From an uncultured Peptostreptococcaceae bacterium (GTDB taxonomy: Bacteria > Bacillota > Clostridia > Peptostreptococcales > BM714), in contig CAZAFW010000004.1 of NCBI GenBank assembly GCA_964484935.1, forward strand, positions 1,911-65,910: DNA of 64,000 nt, given 5' to 3'. A program made the translations under genes and the position numbers. Positions 58,358 to 64,000 of this stretch are shown here, piece after piece. The stretch's first letter is position 1, and each line of letters opens with the position of its first letter. Under the pieces are notes generated by a model. The model had not been told where the DNA came from. It saw only the letters and a list, made by a program, of their open reading frames with translations, and did no database searches.

Positions 58358-59266
58358 ATGCACAATGACAAAAGCCTCTGGGCCGGGCTAAATAAACCTG
58401 ACCTCGACATAGCAGAAGCGGATGTTGCCGTATTCGGCATACCTTTCGACGGCAGCGTGAGTTTCCGGGCTGGGGCTGCAGGCGGTCCCGATAAGCTCCG
58501 CGGCATAACACGCACAATAACACCCACAACCGAGCATCTTGAAAACTTTGAAAATCTGAAAGTAAAGGATATGGGAAATTTCGATACCGGCACAAGAGAA
58601 GAAATTTTCGAAAAAGTAGAGCTTGCGACCGAAAAACTCGTGAAGGCAGGAACATTCTTCACCATGATAGGAGGGGACCATTCAGTTACTATCCCGGTTT
58701 TGAGAGGTATAGACAAGGCTCTCGACGAGCCTTTCGGAATAATACATCTCGATGCCCATTTCGATATATGCGACGAGCTTGGCGGCGACAAGCTTTCACA
58801 CGGATGCACCGAAAGACGGGCCCTTGAACTTGAAAACATAACCGGTCCCGAAAACTTCTTCTTTATCGGTGTCCGCTCGATAGAAATGGACGAATTTCAT
58901 TTTATAAAAGGAAAGGACTTTTCAATAATAAGCGCGCACGATTTCAACAAGCTCGGCGTTTCCGCAGTTGTGGATAAGGTGAAGCAAGGCATGCGGCATT
59001 TCAACAAAATCTACCTGACTGTGGATATCGACTGCCTTGACCCTGCATTCGCTGCGGGAACCGGAACTCCCCAATTCGGCGGAATGACTTCACGCGAGCT
59101 TCTGGATCTTCTTATTGGCCTATTCGACCTTCCCATAATAGGATTCGATGTGGTTGAAGTCGCCCCTTCGCTGGATCCTTCATTGACCTCTGTTTTCGCC
59201 GCGCGCAAAATAGTGACGGAATGCTGGGGGCACCATTGGCGAAAAAACAAGCTCGGAGCCTTATAG
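58358..59266 (+). CDS. speB: Arginase/agmatinase/formiminoglutamase-family ureohydrolase (agmatinase-like)
   Basis: It has the Mn-binding motifs GGDHSVT, HLDAHFD and TVDIDCLDP. I prefer the start at the ATG at 58358, 8 nt after GGGAG. Confidence 0.8.
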   Translation: MHNDKSLWAGLNKPDLDIAEADVAVFGIPFDGSVSFRAGAAGGPDKLRGITRTITPTTEHLENFENLKVKDMGNFDTGTREEIFEKVELATEKLVKAGTFFTMIGGDHSVTIPVLRGIDKALDEPFGIIHLDAHFDICDELGGDKLSHGCTERRALELENITGPENFFFIGVRSIEMDEFHFIKGKDFSIISAHDFNKLGVSAVVDKVKQGMRHFNKIYLTVDIDCLDPAFAAGTGTPQFGGMTSRELLDLLIGLFDLPIIGFDVVEVAPSLDPSLTSVFAARKIVTECWGHHWRKNKLGAL

Positions 59267-59284
59267 CTCCGAGCTTGTTTTGCT
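59246..59284 (+). terminator. Terminator overlapping the last codons of the ureohydrolase gene
   Basis: AACAAGCTCGGAGC-cttat-GCTCCGAGCTTGTT, followed by TTGC. Confidence 0.7.
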
Positions 59285-59348
59285 ATAATTGCAAACCATA
59301 CATGTCCTCAAGTTTCTCGCTTATGTACAAATTGGCGTCTTCAAGCCC

Positions 59349-59513
59349 CTAGTTGTAAATGTCAGGAGCAATCTTTTCAATAAAAAAATCCAAAATCAGC
59401 TGCGCTCCCAAGTCGCCCAAATCCTCACCTCGCTCTTGCATAAAAAATTTCTTGATTTGGCTTATAATTGCTTTTTTCCTGTCGTCCTTTATTGCAATTC
59501 TCTTTTGAGTCAT
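59349..59513 (-). CDS. DUF2164-like small protein
   Basis: The sequence is MTQKRIAIKDDRKKAIISQIKKFFMQERGEDLGDLGAQLILDFFIEKIAPDIYN. The start is at 59513 after AAAGGGG. The family assignment comes from memory of the pattern. Confidence 0.55.
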   Translation of the reverse strand: MTQKRIAIKDDRKKAIISQIKKFFMQERGEDLGDLGAQLILDFFIEKIAPDIYN

Positions 59514-59639
59514 TACAAACACCCCTTTATTGAAACACTCCGCACTATAAACAATGGAATTTTCAATCATAATCGAAAATAAAAGCCTCCCTTCTTTGTC
59601 TTCATTCTACAACATCGAAGCGAGGCATTTCAATTAATG

Positions 59640-60062
59640 TCATTTCAGAATTTCCACGTATTTGTGGGCGTAACTGAGGTCGCTGAATCCAAGCTTCTTG
59701 TAAAAAGGCTTGGCATTCGTGGTTTTGAGGCGCCACTGCGGTATGTCGGCCAAATCGGGATGATCCAGAATGCTCTCTATAATCCAGCTTCCAAAACCCT
59801 TTCCCTGGAAATTTTCGTCAATCACCACATCGCTAATATATGCAAAAGTCGCATAATCTGTTATAACCCTGGCAAATCCAATTTGCCAGCCATCGCTCAG
59901 AATTCCAAAGCACATGGAATTCTTTATTGATTTTTCTATTGTTTCCTTTGGCCTGTCGCAGGCCCAGTGTGTCGACCATAGAAGCCCGCAAATATGCTCT
60001 ATGTTCATTTCTTTTTTATCGGTTGTAACTTTATATTCCGGTTCAATTTTAAGAGCAAGCAT
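59640..60062 (-). CDS. GNAT-family N-acetyltransferase
   Basis: 140 aa with the acetyl-CoA-binding motif VVIDENFQGKGFGSWIIE. Confidence 0.8.
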   Translation of the reverse strand: MLALKIEPEYKVTTDKKEMNIEHICGLLWSTHWACDRPKETIEKSIKNSMCFGILSDGWQIGFARVITDYATFAYISDVVIDENFQGKGFGSWIIESILDHPDLADIPQWRLKTTNAKPFYKKLGFSDLSYAHKYVEILK

Positions 60063-60275
60063 AAAAATACCTCCGTATTCAAAATTCTATTTCGTATTAT
60101 TATATATTGTATTGCATATTTATGCAAGGATTAATTGAACTTATTTTGTTGGCTTGCATTTTTTTTGAATGCATTCACAAAAATGAGTATTCCATAATTT
60201 TGTGGGTATCGTGTTAATGGACGCATATAAATAATGCTGTCCAGACCTTCGAAGAGGGTTATTGGGAATGGTTCT

Positions 60276-60325
60276 ACAAACAAAACAGACAAGCGCCTGC
60301 AAAGGCGCTTGTCTGTTTTGTTTGT
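60276..60325. terminator. Long perfect hairpin (22-bp stem), bidirectional terminator-like
   Basis: ACAAACAAAACAGACAAGCGCC-tgcaaa-GGCGCTTGTCTGTTTTGTTTGT, 14 nt from the SOUL-family gene stop. Confidence 0.75.
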
Positions 60326-60338
60326 GCAATACGAATAT

Positions 60339-60857
60339 TTACTTTTCTATTTTTCGCACTTCGTAGAGTATCTCGTTTCTCCTTAGAAAAGGAGGGGTGA
60401 ATGGCGGATTGTATCTTGCAACTATGGCATTTGAAACAATTTCATAGCCTTTTGATTCCAGCCAAAGTCTGAGATGCCCACCCATATTCAAGAATTTTTC
60501 CTGTTTCCATGAGCCGGTGAAACGTATTGCCCCGTAAGTTCCTTTGGGCACACGCCTTATTTGCACAGCCTTGTCGATTGGTTGAGGCAATTCCTCAAAA
60601 TTATGCTCTTTGGGCATGACAAAAGATGTCTTTACAAAATTGTCTTCCATTTCACTCAAGACGGGGGAAGTCATGGATATTTTTTCAGACGACTCGTTTC
60701 CACCGCTTATATAGCGGAATATATCGTTGAACCCGCTGTCCATAACATTTTTCCCCTCTTTTTTTATTTCAGCAACATTGAAACCTTCATATCGCCGGAT
60801 TTCCATTGCTTCTTCTTTTAAAAGAATATCATAATCAATCTGCTCGACAAGCGGCAT
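60339..60857 (-). CDS. SOUL heme-binding family protein
   Basis: It is about 172 aa. The family look (YEIRRYEG..., FRYISGGN, ARYNPPFTPPFLRRNEI) is my judgement. The ATG at 60857 lies 9 nt after GGAG. Confidence 0.7.
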   Translation of the reverse strand: MPLVEQIDYDILLKEEAMEIRRYEGFNVAEIKKEGKNVMDSGFNDIFRYISGGNESSEKISMTSPVLSEMEDNFVKTSFVMPKEHNFEELPQPIDKAVQIRRVPKGTYGAIRFTGSWKQEKFLNMGGHLRLWLESKGYEIVSNAIVARYNPPFTPPFLRRNEILYEVRKIEK

Positions 60858-60930
60858 TATAATCATCTCCTTTAATTGATTGATACCCTTTTGAACTCAA
60901 ATTTCCCACCGGCAGCAAAAAAACAGCCGT

Positions 60931-61647
60931 CTATAAACCGGCTGTTTCCCTAAGCTTTTTTTGATAATATTCAACTTTTTCAGCATTCATGGGAAGAAGG
61001 CCTTGCAGGCGGTAAGCAATTCCCATCGATTGGTATTTTGAAACGCCCAAATTGTGGTATGGGAGCAGTTCAATCTTTTCGACTCTGTCGAATTTCCGGA
61101 TCATTCCCCCAAGCTTTTTCATGTGTTCGTTTCCGTCGGTCATTCCCGGCACAACGACATGCCTGATCCAAACCTTCTTGCCGGATTCGTTAACAGCATG
61201 GGCAAACTTATAGAATTCGCCTATGTCTCCCCCTGCAAGCTGTCTGTAGCCTGCGCGGTCAACATGTTTTATGTCCAGTATGACGAGATCCGTATACTTG
61301 AGTATTTCCTCATACCGTCCAATGCCGAAACCTGCTGTGTCGAGAGCTGTATGAATTCCTGCTCTCTTGCATTTCTTTAGGAAGTCAATCAAAAAGTCGG
61401 GCTGCATGAGAGGCTCGCCTCCTGAACAAGTGACTCCTCCTCCCGAACGGTCGAAGTAGTGCTTGAATCTCAGAGCTTTTTGCAAAATCTCTTCCGATTC
61501 CATTTCCATGCCGCCGCCAAGCTTCCATGTGTCGGGATTGTGGCAATAAGCGCATCTCAGTCTGCATCCCTGAAAAAATGACACGAATCTTATTCCCGGT
61601 CCGTCATTTAGCCCCAATGTTTCTATTGAATGGATTTTCCCCTTCAT
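60931..61647 (-). CDS. pflA: Pyruvate formate-lyase activating enzyme (radical SAM)
   Basis: It has the CxxxCxxC motif (CRLRCAYCHNPD) and the N-terminus GKIHSIETLGLNDGPGIR. Confidence 0.95.
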   Translation of the reverse strand: MKGKIHSIETLGLNDGPGIRFVSFFQGCRLRCAYCHNPDTWKLGGGMEMESEEILQKALRFKHYFDRSGGGVTCSGGEPLMQPDFLIDFLKKCKRAGIHTALDTAGFGIGRYEEILKYTDLVILDIKHVDRAGYRQLAGGDIGEFYKFAHAVNESGKKVWIRHVVVPGMTDGNEHMKKLGGMIRKFDRVEKIELLPYHNLGVSKYQSMGIAYRLQGLLPMNAEKVEYYQKKLRETAGL

Positions 61648-61662
61648 GGCAAACTCCTTTCT

Positions 61663-63891
61663 TTAAAGACTTTCGTGGAATGTTCTTTGAATTACTTCCA
61701 TTTGCTGCTTTCTGGTCAACCTGTTGAAATGCACAGCATATCCGGAAACCCTTATCGTCAGGGACGGATATTTTTCGGGATGGTCCATCGCTTCCAGCAA
61801 TATCTCCCTGTTCATTACATTCACATTCAAATGGTGAGCCCCCTGGCTGAAATACCCGTCAAGGATCCATGCCAGGTTGCGCTTTCTGTCTTTTGAATCT
61901 TTGCCGAGTGCCGCAGGAACTATTGAAAAGGTGTTGGATATGCCGTCTTCACAAACATTTCTGTATGGAATCTTGGCCACCGAATTCAGGGAAGCGAGAC
62001 TCCCGCTTTTGTCCCTTCCGTGCATCGGATTGGCCCCGGGAGCGAAAGCCTCTCCCATCTTCCTTCCATCCGGTGTGGATCCCGTTTTTTCTCCGTATAC
62101 TACATTCGATGTTATTGTCAGAACAGAAAGCGTATGCTTTGCATTCCTGTAAGTCTTATGCTTTTTCAATTCATCCGAAAACTTCTTCAGTATTTCCACT
62201 GCAATATCGTCAACGCTGTCGTCGTCATTTCCGTATGCCGGATAATCTCCATCTATTTCAAAATCGACAGCTATTCCGTCCTCCCTGATTGGTCTGACTG
62301 AGGCGTATTTGATGGCGCTGAGCGAATCGGCTGCAACCGAAAGGCCTGCCACCCCGAATGCCATAAGCCTTTCGACCCTTGTATCGTGGAGCGCCATCTG
62401 TCCGGCTTCATATGCGTATTTGTCATGCATGTAGTGTATTATGTTCATTGTATTGACATATAGCTCGGCAATCTTTTCAAGCACCTTGAAGTAATTTTCC
62501 TTAACCGTTTCAAAATCAAGCAATTCCTCTTCTATGGGTTCTATGCCTTGGATTATTTGCACTCTCTTCTTCTCATCAACGCCTCCGTTGATTGCGTATA
62601 GAAGCGATTTGGCAAGATTGCATCTGGCCCCGAAAAACTGCATCTGCTTCCCTATGGACATTGCCGAAACGCAACAAGCTATTCCGTAGTCGTCTCCGTA
62701 GACCGGTCTCATCAGCTCGTCGCTCTCATATTGAAGCGCAGCGCTCTTTATTGACATTTCCGTGCAATATGTCTTGAAAGCCTCCGGAAGCCTCTCGGAC
62801 CAAAGTACGGTCATATTGGGTTCGGGAGCCGGGCCGAGATTGTCAAGAGTATGAAGGAACCTGTAGGACGTCTTTGTGACAAGAGTCCTTCCGTCTATTC
62901 CCATTCCTCCAATCGACTCCGTGATCCAGTTTGGGTCGCCGGCAAACAATTCGTTGTATTCCGGAGTCCTAAGGTGCCTGGCCAAACGCAATTTTATTAC
63001 AAATTGGTCAATAAGCTCCTGCGCCTGACTCTCTGAAATAAGCTTTCTTTCCTTGTCTCTCTCTATATATATGTCCAGGAATGTGCCGGTTCGTCCCAAA
63101 GACATCGCCGCTCCGTTGTTTTCCTTTATACCTGCCAAATAGCCAAAATACAGGTACTGAACTGCTTCAGCCGCATTTGTTGCAGGCTTGGATATGTCGA
63201 AGCCATAAGAATCGGCCATCGCCTTCATGGCTTTCAGGGCCCGCAACTGATCGGACACCTCTTCCCTGAGCCTTATGGAATCCTCTGTCATGGCATTTTT
63301 CATTTCACCAATGTCGCACTTTTTTCTTTCAACAAGAAAATCGATTCCATAAAGCGGAATCCTCCTGTAATCGCCGATTATCCTTCCCCTTCCGTAGGCA
63401 TCGGGAAGGCCCGTCAGAAGCCCGGCACTTCTCGCTTTTCTCATTTCAGGCGTGTAGACGTCGAAAACCCCGTCGTTATGAGTTTTTCTGACACTCTTTA
63501 AAACCGAAAGCGTTTCTTCATCGAAAGCATATCCATAGTCCGCAAGCGCCTCGTCCGCCATCCGCAAGCCTCCGTAAAAATTGACCATTCGCTTTAGCGG
63601 CGCGTCGGTCTGAAGGCCTACAATAGTCTCGTTCTCCCTGTCTATGTAGCCGGGTTTGAAATTGTCGATTCCTGAAAAATGCTCTGTATCGATATCCAAA
63701 ACGCCCTTCTTTTGCTCCAATACAAGCAAATCCTCGCATTTGCCCCAAAGATTTTTTGTCTTTTCCGTCGCTTCCGCGAGAAAGCTTTCATTTCCCTCAT
63801 AAGGGATATAGTTTTTTTGTATGAAGTCCCTGACATCCACTTCCTCTGTCCAGACTCCCTCTATGAAACCTTCCCATTCTTTTTTTTCCAT
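61663..63891 (-). CDS. pflB: Formate C-acetyltransferase (pyruvate formate-lyase)
   Basis: 742 aa with the glycyl-radical motif TIRVSGYAV near the C-terminus and the active-site CC (GIACCVSA). Confidence 0.97.
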   Translation of the reverse strand: MEKKEWEGFIEGVWTEEVDVRDFIQKNYIPYEGNESFLAEATEKTKNLWGKCEDLLVLEQKKGVLDIDTEHFSGIDNFKPGYIDRENETIVGLQTDAPLKRMVNFYGGLRMADEALADYGYAFDEETLSVLKSVRKTHNDGVFDVYTPEMRKARSAGLLTGLPDAYGRGRIIGDYRRIPLYGIDFLVERKKCDIGEMKNAMTEDSIRLREEVSDQLRALKAMKAMADSYGFDISKPATNAAEAVQYLYFGYLAGIKENNGAAMSLGRTGTFLDIYIERDKERKLISESQAQELIDQFVIKLRLARHLRTPEYNELFAGDPNWITESIGGMGIDGRTLVTKTSYRFLHTLDNLGPAPEPNMTVLWSERLPEAFKTYCTEMSIKSAALQYESDELMRPVYGDDYGIACCVSAMSIGKQMQFFGARCNLAKSLLYAINGGVDEKKRVQIIQGIEPIEEELLDFETVKENYFKVLEKIAELYVNTMNIIHYMHDKYAYEAGQMALHDTRVERLMAFGVAGLSVAADSLSAIKYASVRPIREDGIAVDFEIDGDYPAYGNDDDSVDDIAVEILKKFSDELKKHKTYRNAKHTLSVLTITSNVVYGEKTGSTPDGRKMGEAFAPGANPMHGRDKSGSLASLNSVAKIPYRNVCEDGISNTFSIVPAALGKDSKDRKRNLAWILDGYFSQGAHHLNVNVMNREILLEAMDHPEKYPSLTIRVSGYAVHFNRLTRKQQMEVIQRTFHESL

Positions 63892-63936
63892 AAAAAAATC
63901 CCCCTCGACAATTACTCATCAAGCCCGGGGTTCTTC

Positions 63937-63984
63937 AAAAACAAAGACCGCCCGGACTTATCGCCCAGGCGGTCGGCTTTGTTT
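63937..63984 (-). terminator. Terminator of an off-window upstream gene on the minus strand
   Basis: The minus strand reads AAACAAAGCCGACCGCC...GGCGGTCTTTGTTTTT, an imperfect stem with a 3-nt bulge. Confidence 0.5.
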
Positions 63985-64000
63985 AAATCACACTCCATGT

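Overview
This is a chromosomal segment of a low-GC Gram-positive anaerobe, Clostridia/Tissierellia-like and apparently asporogenous. It uses genetic code 11, and TGA is an ordinary stop here (tilS and pmbA both end in TGA). About 55 genes are dense and mostly housekeeping. They include a split methylmalonyl-CoA-mutase-type enzyme and the conserved ftsH-tilS...divIC-yabO-hup-mazG-flippase-prsA-mfd-pth-prs-glmU-purR block, followed by murC, a ClC channel and an LCP protein. A lysA-lysC operon and a divergent NhaC-family transporter each sit behind their own lysine (L-box) riboswitch. Next come lspA, T-box-controlled asnS, cls and pyrR-pyrP with a PyrR attenuator. An intact class-C-like group II intron is inserted just after an intrinsic terminator. 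The remaining genes include two SH3b cell-wall lipoproteins, bioY, a cytoplasmic reductive-dehalogenase-like Fe-S protein with a small ferredoxin, copZ/copA, ogg, an arginase-family gene and pflA/pflB. The most interesting signal is in copA. The ORF track splits it only because one in-frame TGA replaces the first Cys of the second CxxC copper site. A 7-bp-stem hairpin with a GGGC loop follows that TGA, and it is absent from the paralogous first domain. This makes a candidate selenocysteine (UxxC) copper ATPase, with a nonsense mutation as the alternative. Secondary oddities are CAGNNNN heptamer arrays at two loci, a repeat-rich 0.5-kb copA-copZ spacer and a large imperfect palindrome. I saw no rRNA, tRNA or CRISPR array. 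All family names come from motif recognition by eye, not from searches.
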